Shown here piece by piece: positions 19,131 through 28,260 of a stretch of DNA of 64,000 nucleotides. A program made the position numbers and the translations under genes. The notes under the pieces are model-generated. The model saw nothing but the letters and a program-made list of their open reading frames with translations. It did not search any database and was not told where the DNA came from. Location of the stretch: assembly GCA_045612105.1 (NCBI GenBank), contig JAZKYL010000113.1, forward strand, positions 226,099-290,098. Reading direction: 5' to 3'. The stretch comes from Eubacteriales bacterium (GTDB lineage Bacteria; Bacillota; Clostridia; Oscillospirales; CAG-272). The stretch's first letter is position 1, and each line of letters begins with the position of its first letter.

Positions 19131-22100
19131 ATGGCAAAGACTTTTTTACAAATATTTGATAAATATAAAGCAGATGAAAGAGCCGCAGAAATATTGGCTC
19201 GCGCAGAAAACATAAAAATACAAGCAGATAAAGCTAACCGATATTTACAGGCATCGGCGGATTTTCCTATGCTGGTAGAAAAGGATTTTCTTTATCAGTT
19301 AGAAAAAGATATTAAAAAAGCATACGAGCTTAATCTTGTCAAAATCATGCCGCATTATCCTGCGGCTCTTTTTGACAGCGACTATATTCCCGAGCTATTG
19401 AAGGAGACCGAAATGGTCGGCATAGTTGCCAAGGGTTTTTTCAACACCTACAGGTATAACCTTGAGGATAACACACTGAACATTGAGATACCTTTCAGTG
19501 AAAACGGAGTCAGATTGCTTTATGACGGCAGAACACCAAGCGTAATGCAGGGAATACTCTATTCCGAGTTTGGAATAAACGTCAAAGTAAATATAATTCA
19601 TACCAACGACGAGTTGTTTTTGGCAAGTAACAATTCTCTTGAAAAATACATCGAAGATTTCGACAAAAGAATGGCAGAAGAAGCGAAAGCTTATGAAGCA
19701 AGAATGGCTCAAAAGCTGTCATCTACACCACCGTCCGACGAAGAAGCCAATATGCTCCCGAGAAAGACCACGCTTTTTGACGAAAGCGGAATAGTTATCA
19801 TAGAGGATGGCATATGTAAGATCGGAAACGGTAAATTTGACATTTCCTCACCTGAATACGTCTACGGAGAGCCTTTTTCTATAACGCCCACCTCAATCGC
19901 TGAAATAGACAAGCCTCAAAGAAATATTGTTATCGTTGGTACAGTGTTCGATTATGCTCAAGAGCCCAGCCGCTCGGGCGATAAAATGAATATATCTTTC
20001 TCAATATGCGACGGCAACTCTTCTGTCGAAGTCAAGTGCTTCGCAACCCTTGAGGATGCCGATGAGATCTCGGCAAACGTGAAAACCGGCGCAGTTCTGG
20101 CACTTAAAGGTTATGCCAAGAAGGAAATGCGAAAGGACAGAACAGAGGGAACTGATTTTCAATTTTTCTTTAATAATATTGCAAAAATAAAGAAACTGTC
20201 GAGAGTAGACAATGCTCCTGTTAAACGCGTTGAGCTTCATCTGCACACTCAAATGTCCCATATGGACGCTCTGATTCCACCCGATGTTGCCGTTAAGCAA
20301 GCAAATGCATGGGGGCACCCCGCGGTAGCTATTACCGACCACGGAACGGTTCAGGGCTATCAAGACGCTATGCTTGTGTCAGAAAAAATCGGACAAAAGG
20401 TCATTTACGGTGTTGAAGCTTACTTCGTTAACGATACCGCAGGTGCGCTTTACGGAAATTACAACGAGGATTTTGACGAAGAAACTATCGTTTTCGATAT
20501 TGAGACCACAGGTCTTTCGGTCAAGAATTGCAGAATTACCGAGATTGGTGCAGTTAAGGTTAAGGGCGGCGAGGTTGTCGACGTTTTCAATACCTTTGTT
20601 AATCCTGAAATCCCGATTCCGGAGGATATCGTAACTCTTACAGGGATCACAGACGAGATGGTTGCAGATGCTCCAAAAATTAGGGAAGCGCTTGAAGCAT
20701 TTTTCGACTTCATCGGTGACAGACAGACCGATAAGAAAAAGCTCCTTGTTGCCCATAATGCAAGCTTCGATATGGGTTTTATCCGTTATGCAGCCGACGA
20801 GTGCGGTCTTGAATTCAAGAATCCTTATCTTGATACCGTGGCACTCTCAAGATACATAAATCCCGATCTCAAAAAGCATAAGCTTGATACACTTGCCGAG
20901 TATTACGGTCTTGGAGATTTCAACCACCACAGAGCCTGTGATGACGCGGCAATGCTTGCGGCTATCTACGTCAAGATGATAGCGTCAATGCGTGAGCAGG
21001 ATATAAAGAGCTTTGAACAGCTCAAGAGAGATATGAGCGCAAATTCCAATCCGCTCAACCTCAAGCCTTATCACCAGATTATTCTTGTTAAGAATAAGAT
21101 AGGTCTTAAAAACCTTTATAAGCTTATTTCCTTCGGTTTCCTAAAGTATTACAAGAGACACCCGAGAATCCCCAAGACCGAGCTTGAAAAGCACAGAGAG
21201 GGTCTTATTATCGGCTCTGCTTGTGAAGCGGGCGAGCTGTTTACGGCAATTCTCGAGAACCGTCCCGAGGCAGAGATCGAGGAGATCGTAAATTTCTACG
21301 ACTATCTTGAAATTCAGCCTATATCCAATAACCGATTCCTTATAAGAGAGGAAAAGGCGAAGGACGAGGAGGATCTTCGCAACTTCAACAGAAAAATAGT
21401 CGAGCTTGGCGAGAAATACAACAAGCCCGTAGTCGCAACCTGTGACGCTCACTTCTTGAACGATGAGGATGAGCTTTACCGTAAGATACTTCTTGCAGGT
21501 CAAAAATTCAAGGATTTCGACTCTGAATCTCATCTTTATTATCGCACGACAGAGGAAATGCTTGAGGAATTCTCTTATCTTGGCGAAGAAAAGGCTTATG
21601 AGGTCGTTGTAACAAACACCAATATGATCAATGATATGATCGACTCCGACATCCGTCCTTTCCCCAAGGGAACCTTTACTCCCGGAATGGAGGGAGCGGA
21701 GGAGGATCTTACCAGAATCTGCTATGAAAGAGCAAAATCAATGTACGGCGACCCTCTGCCCGAAATAGTAGAGCAGAGACTTGACAAGGAACTTACATCG
21801 ATCATCAAAAACGGCTTTGCGGTGCTTTATATGATTGCGCAGAAGCTTGTTTGGTACAGTGAGAAGAACGGATACTTGGTCGGCTCCCGTGGCTCGGTTG
21901 GCTCTTCCTTCGTAGCATCTATGGCGGGAATTTCCGAGGTTAACCCCCTGCCGCCTCACTATTGGTGCCCTAAATGCCAGTATAACGATTTCTCAAATCC
22001 CCAAAAAGCAGGCTCGGGCTTTGACCTACCCGACGCAAATTGTCCTAAGTGCGGCACCAAGATGCATGCCGACGGTCACCATATTCCTTTCGAGACCTTC

Positions 22101-23558
22101 CTTGGATTCTACGGTGATAAATCACCTGATATCGACCTTAACTTCTCGGGAGAGGTACAGGGAAAAGTCCATAAATACACCGAGGAATTGTTCGGTGCGG
22201 AAAACGTATTCCGCGCGGGTACTATCGGTACTCTTGCCGACAAGACCGCCTACGGTTACGTTATGAAATTCCTTGAAGAAAAGGGAATCAGTCTGCCTCG
22301 CGCCGAGGTCAACAGAATCGTTTCAAACTGCGTTGGCGTTAAGCGTTCAACGGGTCAGCACCCGGGAGGAATCGTCGTTGTTCCCAAGGAATATGAGATA
22401 TATGACTTTTGTCCCGTTCAGCACCCCGCTGATGACCCCAACTCCGATATCGTCACCACTCACTTCACCTTCGAGTATCTCCACGATACGCTCCTGAAGC
22501 TTGACGAGCTTGGACACGATATGCCGACGAAGTATAAATACCTCGAAAAATATTCGGGCAACACCAGCGTTATGGACGTTCCAATGAACGATAAATCTGT
22601 TTACGAACTCTTCTTATCCACCAAATCTCTCGGAGTTTCCCCCGAGGACATTAACTGCAATATCGGAACCTTCGGTCTGCCCGAATTTGGTACCCGATTC
22701 GTTATCAAGATGGTTGAAGAAGCGAAGCCGAAGTCATTTTCCGATCTTTTGCAGATTTCGGGACTTTCCCACGGAACCGACGTTTGGACGGGTAATGCCC
22801 AAGACCTTATTAACGAAGGCATCTGTAATATTTCAAACGTTATCGGATGTCGAGACAACATAATGAACGACCTTATTGCATACGGTGTCGAAAAATCTCA
22901 CGCGTTTAAGATAATGGAGTCGGTTAGAAAGGGCAAAGGTTTGACTCCTGAGTGGGAGGAAGAGATGATCGCCGCAGGCGTTCCCGACTGGTACATCGGC
23001 TCTTGTAAGAAGATAAAATACATGTTCCCCAAGGCTCACGCGGCGGCATACGTTATGTCGGCGATACGCCTTGGATGGTATAAGGTGCATATCCCTATTG
23101 CCTTCTATTGCGCCATGTTCACCGTTGCTCCCGGTGGCTTTGATGCCGAGATAGTAATGGGCGGTCGCAGTAAGGTTCAGGCTACTATCAAGGATATAGA
23201 GCAGAGAACCAAGGAAAAGAAAGAGGTAACCCCAAAGGAGCAGGCAAGCATACCCACACTTCAGCTTATTAACGAGGCTATGGCGAGAGGAATTAAATTC
23301 CTGCCCATCAACATCATCAAATCCGAATCTTCGGCATTTGTGCCCGAAAACGGCGCGATCCGTATGCCTTTCTCGGCGCTTGCGGGCCTCGGTGAAAATG
23401 CGGCGGCAAATATTGTCGCGGCAAGAGAAGAAGAGCCCTTCTTCTCGGTAGAAGACCTTCAGATAAGAGCAAAGCTCACAAAATCGGTTATTGAGGTGCT
23501 TAGAAACAATAAGGTTCTTGAAGGACTTGATGAAACCGACCAGTTAAGCTTCTTCTAA
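19131..23558 (+). CDS. polC: DNA polymerase III PolC
   Basis: PHP ELHLHTQMS, inserted exonuclease FDIETTG/HNASFD/HHRACDD, GSRGSVGSS, PDIDLNF. Confidence 0.97.
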   Translation: MAKTFLQIFDKYKADERAAEILARAENIKIQADKANRYLQASADFPMLVEKDFLYQLEKDIKKAYELNLVKIMPHYPAALFDSDYIPELLKETEMVGIVAKGFFNTYRYNLEDNTLNIEIPFSENGVRLLYDGRTPSVMQGILYSEFGINVKVNIIHTNDELFLASNNSLEKYIEDFDKRMAEEAKAYEARMAQKLSSTPPSDEEANMLPRKTTLFDESGIVIIEDGICKIGNGKFDISSPEYVYGEPFSITPTSIAEIDKPQRNIVIVGTVFDYAQEPSRSGDKMNISFSICDGNSSVEVKCFATLEDADEISANVKTGAVLALKGYAKKEMRKDRTEGTDFQFFFNNIAKIKKLSRVDNAPVKRVELHLHTQMSHMDALIPPDVAVKQANAWGHPAVAITDHGTVQGYQDAMLVSEKIGQKVIYGVEAYFVNDTAGALYGNYNEDFDEETIVFDIETTGLSVKNCRITEIGAVKVKGGEVVDVFNTFVNPEIPIPEDIVTLTGITDEMVADAPKIREALEAFFDFIGDRQTDKKKLLVAHNASFDMGFIRYAADECGLEFKNPYLDTVALSRYINPDLKKHKLDTLAEYYGLGDFNHHRACDDAAMLAAIYVKMIASMREQDIKSFEQLKRDMSANSNPLNLKPYHQIILVKNKIGLKNLYKLISFGFLKYYKRHPRIPKTELEKHREGLIIGSACEAGELFTAILENRPEAEIEEIVNFYDYLEIQPISNNRFLIREEKAKDEEDLRNFNRKIVELGEKYNKPVVATCDAHFLNDEDELYRKILLAGQKFKDFDSESHLYYRTTEEMLEEFSYLGEEKAYEVVVTNTNMINDMIDSDIRPFPKGTFTPGMEGAEEDLTRICYERAKSMYGDPLPEIVEQRLDKELTSIIKNGFAVLYMIAQKLVWYSEKNGYLVGSRGSVGSSFVASMAGISEVNPLPPHYWCPKCQYNDFSNPQKAGSGFDLPDANCPKCGTKMHADGHHIPFETFLGFYGDKSPDIDLNFSGEVQGKVHKYTEELFGAENVFRAGTIGTLADKTAYGYVMKFLEEKGISLPRAEVNRIVSNCVGVKRSTGQHPGGIVVVPKEYEIYDFCPVQHPADDPNSDIVTTHFTFEYLHDTLLKLDELGHDMPTKYKYLEKYSGNTSVMDVPMNDKSVYELFLSTKSLGVSPEDINCNIGTFGLPEFGTRFVIKMVEEAKPKSFSDLLQISGLSHGTDVWTGNAQDLINEGICNISNVIGCRDNIMNDLIAYGVEKSHAFKIMESVRKGKGLTPEWEEEMIAAGVPDWYIGSCKKIKYMFPKAHAAAYVMSAIRLGWYKVHIPIAFYCAMFTVAPGGFDAEIVMGGRSKVQATIKDIEQRTKEKKEVTPKEQASIPTLQLINEAMARGIKFLPINIIKSESSAFVPENGAIRMPFSALAGLGENAAANIVAAREEEPFFSVEDLQIRAKLTKSVIEVLRNNKVLEGLDETDQLSFF

Positions 23559-23589
23559 AATCAATTCTTTACATACGGAGGACAAGCGT

Positions 23590-26157
23590 ATGAATATTTT
23601 GCAGAATTCCAAATGGATCGAATGTAAAAAGAGCGCGAATTTCGCCATAACCGACCCGAAAAACCCGTGGGAGGGCATTGAATTCTCTCCCCGCCCGGGA
23701 AACAAGGAAACGCAGTTTCAGCCGATAGAGAACGCAGGCGGATTGCCAATGTTCCGCCGCGTATTTACAGCAAAAAATGTAGCGAATGCTAAAATTACAG
23801 CTACCGCCCTTGGCATTTACAATCTTTGGTGCAACGGTCGCCGTGTCGGTACGAAAAATGCCGACGGTGAAGTAATTTTTGACGAATTCAACCCAGGCGC
23901 AGGCGTGTATTCCAAGAGAGTTATGGCAACAGAATACGACATTTCGGAGTATTTAGTTAACGGTGAGAACGTGATCCTCGCCGTAGTGGCTCCAGGTTGG
24001 TGGAAAGGAACAATATTCTACGATACCTACGGACTTGGATTGGGTATGGCATTCTGCGCGGAGATCGATCTGGGCGGCGAGAAAATTATCAGCGACGATA
24101 GCTGGCAGACTATGTGGGGCGGACGCGTCAGAGCCGCAGATTTCTACCACGGTGAGCTTTATAACGCGAGCTTTGATTCCTATGAGGAAATGTCTCTTGC
24201 GTCTTACGATGCAAGCGAGTGGACAAGCCCCGAGGTCTGGTGCGATCAGGTTATCGAGACCTTCAACGTAGGACATATTCCGAAGCATAAAACCCACATA
24301 AACGATCTCGAGATCGTACCTTTCAGAGGTCCTGCCGTAAGGATCAGAAAGCATCTCTCAAAAAAGCCTCAAACAGTCACAATTTATAACGGCACTAAGG
24401 ATAACGGAAGCGATTTCGGAGAGATCAACGTAATTTCCATCACCGAGAACAAGGACGGATTCGTTCTTTGTAAGGGCGAGACCGCGGTTATCGACTTCGG
24501 ACAGAATCTGGTGGCTTTGCCTGATATAATCTTCAAGGCAGCAAAAGGAACGTATATTCAAATCCGCGTAGCAGAGATGCTCAACGATTCGGGACTTTTG
24601 TCACGCGGCAACGATAATCCCAAGGGCTCGGTTTATACCATAAATTACAGAGGCGCAAGATCAAAGGCATATTATGTCGCAAATGGAGACGAGAGTGGCG
24701 AGAACTACTGCTCTATGTTTACCTTCTTTGGCTTCCGCTATATCGAGATCAGCGCTACCGATGATATTTCGGTCAGCAATCTTACTGCTATGGTGGTCGG
24801 CTCCGATATAGAGGAGGTAGGAAGCATCGAGACCTCCAACAGGGACGTAAATCAGCTTATTTCCAATATTTTTTGGGGACAACGAGGAAATTACCTCAGT
24901 ATTCCTACTGACTGTCCTCAGAGAGATGAGAGACAGGGCTGGACAGGAGACACTCAGTTCTTCTGTCAGACCGCGGCTTATAATGCCAACGTGCTTGAAT
25001 TCTTCCGCAAGTGGATGACCGATGCCCGCGACTCTCAGCATGAAAATGGCGCTTATCAGGACGTTATCCCTACGGTTCGCCATTGGGGGTACGGCGGTGC
25101 GGCTTGGGCAGATGCCCCCGTTATCGTAGCCTACGTTATGTGGTGTATGTATGCCGACAAGGATCTGCTTCGCGAGAATATAGATTCCCTTGATAAATAT
25201 ATGGATTGGCTCGCTTCGAGAGGTATGCAGGGTCCTGCGCCTACCTACGGTGACTGGCTGGCATACGACCTTATCGACAGAAGCTATATCAGTAAGGCAT
25301 ATTACGCTCTTGACGCGCAGATAATGGGTATGCTCCACTATATGCTAGGGAACTACGATAAGTCCGAGGAATATAATGATCTGTATTTTGAGATAAGAGA
25401 AGATTTCCGTGACACCTATATGGAAGACGGGGACCTTCTGCCCGAATACAGAAAACAGACGGGATATCTGTTGGCACTCCACACCGATATGTTCGATTTT
25501 GACGAGATCGATGCGGCGGCAGACGCTCTTGAAGAGAAGATAATAGAGAACGGATATATGCTCTCCACAGGCTTTGTAGGCACTCCTATCCTCTGTACCA
25601 CGCTTTCTAAGGTTGGAAAATCAAATATCGCATACTCGCTCCTGCTTCAGACCAAGGACCCCTCCTGGCTTTACAGTGTTCATCAGGGTGCGACCACCGT
25701 TTGGGAAAGATGGAATTCCTACACTCACGAAAGAGGCTTTGGCGACGTGAATATGAACTCCTTTAATCACTATTCCTTCGGTGCTGTAATGGAATGGATG
25801 TATCGCTATATGGTAGGAATTCAGAGCTTAGGTTTTGCATTTGAGCAGGTCATGTTTACCCCCAAGCCCGATATGAGAGCCGATAGTGAGATCCCTGCAG
25901 GACAAGAGAGGATAACCTGGGCAAAGGGTTCTTATGAGAGCAGATACGGCACTATCACGTCGGAATGGAAACGCGAGGGCGACGGATTCGTATTTATTTG
26001 CGAGACACCCGTATCCTGCGAATTCCATCTGCCGATAATTGAGGGCAAAAATGCGGTTACCGTAAATGGAAAACAGATTGATGTCCACTCTCTTGAGATC
26101 ATCGACGGCTGCGCCGTTATTAAGCTGGAGCGCGGCAAATATACTGTGGAATATTGA
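23590..26157 (+). CDS. Alpha-L-rhamnosidase, GH78
   Basis: DFGQNLV, FTFFGFRY, PTDCPQRDERQGWTGD, ATTVWERWN, SFNHYSFG. Confidence 0.9.
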   Translation: MNILQNSKWIECKKSANFAITDPKNPWEGIEFSPRPGNKETQFQPIENAGGLPMFRRVFTAKNVANAKITATALGIYNLWCNGRRVGTKNADGEVIFDEFNPGAGVYSKRVMATEYDISEYLVNGENVILAVVAPGWWKGTIFYDTYGLGLGMAFCAEIDLGGEKIISDDSWQTMWGGRVRAADFYHGELYNASFDSYEEMSLASYDASEWTSPEVWCDQVIETFNVGHIPKHKTHINDLEIVPFRGPAVRIRKHLSKKPQTVTIYNGTKDNGSDFGEINVISITENKDGFVLCKGETAVIDFGQNLVALPDIIFKAAKGTYIQIRVAEMLNDSGLLSRGNDNPKGSVYTINYRGARSKAYYVANGDESGENYCSMFTFFGFRYIEISATDDISVSNLTAMVVGSDIEEVGSIETSNRDVNQLISNIFWGQRGNYLSIPTDCPQRDERQGWTGDTQFFCQTAAYNANVLEFFRKWMTDARDSQHENGAYQDVIPTVRHWGYGGAAWADAPVIVAYVMWCMYADKDLLRENIDSLDKYMDWLASRGMQGPAPTYGDWLAYDLIDRSYISKAYYALDAQIMGMLHYMLGNYDKSEEYNDLYFEIREDFRDTYMEDGDLLPEYRKQTGYLLALHTDMFDFDEIDAAADALEEKIIENGYMLSTGFVGTPILCTTLSKVGKSNIAYSLLLQTKDPSWLYSVHQGATTVWERWNSYTHERGFGDVNMNSFNHYSFGAVMEWMYRYMVGIQSLGFAFEQVMFTPKPDMRADSEIPAGQERITWAKGSYESRYGTITSEWKREGDGFVFICETPVSCEFHLPIIEGKNAVTVNGKQIDVHSLEIIDGCAVIKLERGKYTVEY

Positions 26158-26168
26158 AAGGATTAAAT

Positions 26169-27179
26169 ATGCAAACATATTCGTATAAATCCCCCGAAAT
26201 AAAGGTGTTCGGTATTCCTAATTTTGATGAAAACAAGCGTCTGCGCCGTCTCCCCGATGACGTTATGGAAAAGGTTCCGAGCCTTGCTTTTCTCGGGAAG
26301 CGTCCTCAAGGCGCGCGACTCGGATTCAAGACAACCGCCACCGAATTCACCTTGAAAATTGAGTTTGAAACCTTCAAGCCCGACATTGGAATGGCAATAT
26401 ACAGCTGTCAGTCGGCACTGGTTTATGCAGGCGACAGACAGAATCCGCGTTATCTTGGAATGTGCCGTCCCGCAAGCTACGAGACAAAAGCCTTTGAAGC
26501 GAAATTTCGCAAGGGAAATGACAGTCTTGAAGATATTCTCGTCTGGTTGCCAAGAAACGAGATCATCGCCGACGTAACCCTTGACTTTCCCGACGGCGCA
26601 GTTGTCTGCAACCCCACGCCCTATAAGTACGAAAAGCCCATCGTTTATTACGGCTCGTCCATAACCGAGGGCGGTTGCGCATACAACGTAAATTGCGGCT
26701 ACAATGCCATAATCTCACAGCACCTCGATACCGATTATATCAATCTCGGCTTTTCGGGGAACGCAAAGGGCGAGCTTGCGGTTGCGGATTTCATAAACAC
26801 CCTTGACATGAGCATTTTCGTCTACGATTACGACCACAATGCGCCCACGGTGGAGCATCTTGCCGCTACTCACGAGCCTTTCTTCAAGCGCATCCGCGAG
26901 AAGCACCCCGATCTGCCCATAGTTATGATGACAAGACCTGCCATTATCTACGGAGAGGATGAAAAAAAGCGCCGCGAGATAGTAATGACTACTTATCGAA
27001 GTGCCCTTGATGCAGGCGACCAAAACGTATACTTTATCGACGGCGAGCAGTTCTTCGGTGAGCATGACAGACACCTTTGCACAGCTGACGGAGTACATCC
27101 CAACGATCTTGGCTTTTACAGAATGGCAGCGTGCGTTGAGCCTGTTATAATGTCGATTTTGGAGAACGGAAAAGCATAA
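26169..27179 (+). CDS. SGNH/GDSL hydrolase (putative carbohydrate esterase)
   Basis: YYGSSITEG, NLGFSGNAKGE, DYDHNA, DGVHPNDLG. Confidence 0.85.
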   Translation: MQTYSYKSPEIKVFGIPNFDENKRLRRLPDDVMEKVPSLAFLGKRPQGARLGFKTTATEFTLKIEFETFKPDIGMAIYSCQSALVYAGDRQNPRYLGMCRPASYETKAFEAKFRKGNDSLEDILVWLPRNEIIADVTLDFPDGAVVCNPTPYKYEKPIVYYGSSITEGGCAYNVNCGYNAIISQHLDTDYINLGFSGNAKGELAVADFINTLDMSIFVYDYDHNAPTVEHLAATHEPFFKRIREKHPDLPIVMMTRPAIIYGEDEKKRREIVMTTYRSALDAGDQNVYFIDGEQFFGEHDRHLCTADGVHPNDLGFYRMAACVEPVIMSILENGKA

Positions 27180-27197
27180 TATAAAATAATCGCAGTC

Positions 27198-27231
27198 AAA
27201 AAACTCCCGACCGAGGCGGTCGGGAGTTTTG
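27198..27231. terminator. Bidirectional terminator
   Basis: aaaaactcccgacc-gaggc-ggtcgggagtttt between convergent genes. Confidence 0.85.
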
Positions 27232-27239
27232 CATTATAT

Positions 27240-27893
27240 TTAGGAAGCCTTTCTGTTAAGATTGCTTTCAAAAAAAGCTTCGCGGTTAATAACGGTTGTA
27301 GCGGGGATATTCAGTTCATCGATCGACGCACAATACGCGAAGGCAAGCTCATCGATAAATTCGAGGATTGGAGGAAGAATTACTTTACTGAGACTGTCAC
27401 AAGCGTAGAAGGTGCTACTTTCAATGACCAAAAGATTATCGGAAAGCGAGATCTCGGCAAGATTTCGACAGCCCTCGAAAGCCGCAGAGCCGAGTCTTGT
27501 AAGCGAATCGGGAAGAGCTACAGAGATGAGAGCAGGGCAATAACCAAAGGCTTTTTCTCCGATACGTTCAAGATTCTCACCAAAATCAATTTTTGCAAGT
27601 CTGTCGCATCCCATAAAAGCTCTGTCGCCGATTTCGGATGCGTTCGAAGTAATCTCAACTAGCTCTCGGCACCAAGCGAATGCCTGAGGCTCAATAAATT
27701 CCACTGATTTCGGAAGAACAACACTCTTTATCTGTGTAGAGCGAGCAAATGCCTTTTCGGCAACTCCAACAACAGGATAGCCCTGAACCGAAGAGGGAAC
27801 AATGATATGCTCGTCGAGGCAGTTACCAATACCGCGCAGAACAGCCACGCCGTTTTTCATAACCACGTATTCAAGTCCGTAAGATATTCGCAT
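27240..27893 (-). CDS. BspA/LRR_5-type leucine-rich repeat protein, no signal peptide
   Basis: Repeated LPxSLxxIxxxAFxxCxxL units; GAAAGGAG RBS. Confidence 0.85.
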   Translation of the reverse strand: MRISYGLEYVVMKNGVAVLRGIGNCLDEHIIVPSSVQGYPVVGVAEKAFARSTQIKSVVLPKSVEFIEPQAFAWCRELVEITSNASEIGDRAFMGCDRLAKIDFGENLERIGEKAFGYCPALISVALPDSLTRLGSAAFEGCRNLAEISLSDNLLVIESSTFYACDSLSKVILPPILEFIDELAFAYCASIDELNIPATTVINREAFFESNLNRKAS

Positions 27894-27945
27894 CGGTGTG
27901 ACTCCTTTCTGCCGACAAGTACTGTGTCGTACTAATTATATGCCT

Positions 27946-27974
27946 ATTTTACACCAAAAATACCGTTTTGTCAA
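27946..27974 (-). promoter_or_regulatory. sigma-A promoter for LRR gene
   Basis: TTGACA-17bp-TAAAAT on minus strand. Confidence 0.7.
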
Positions 27975-28031
27975 CCCCATTATTGCAATTTAACAACTTT
28001 GGAGTGTTTTTTCGTATATTTGTGACAAAAC

Positions 28032-28260
28032 TTAGCCCAGGCTTACAATGCGCTTTACGTCAAGTGCCAGGGCCAAGGACGTTCGCCTTGCGGTTGCAAA
28101 AACGAGCGGCGATTACAGCCCTCAAGGGCAAGCGAGGCTGTTTTCGGCAATGTTTGACATGGGCGAGAACGGCACGCGGGGGCTTATGAAGCTGATTGGC
28201 GAGGCACGAGGTGTTGATCTCGGAAATTTAGCCCAGGCTTACAATGCTCTTTACCAAGTG
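28032..28260 (+). repeat. Imperfect direct repeat at left edge of phage-like fragment (28032-28066 / 28228-28260)
   Basis: ttagcccaggcttacaatgc (20 bp exact) + g/t + ctttac + (gt) + caagtg, copies 196 bp apart. Confidence 0.85.

Noticed and set aside
19131-23558. Intein or intron in polC
   Set aside because: Length and domain order are normal for PolC; no splice-junction motifs seen.
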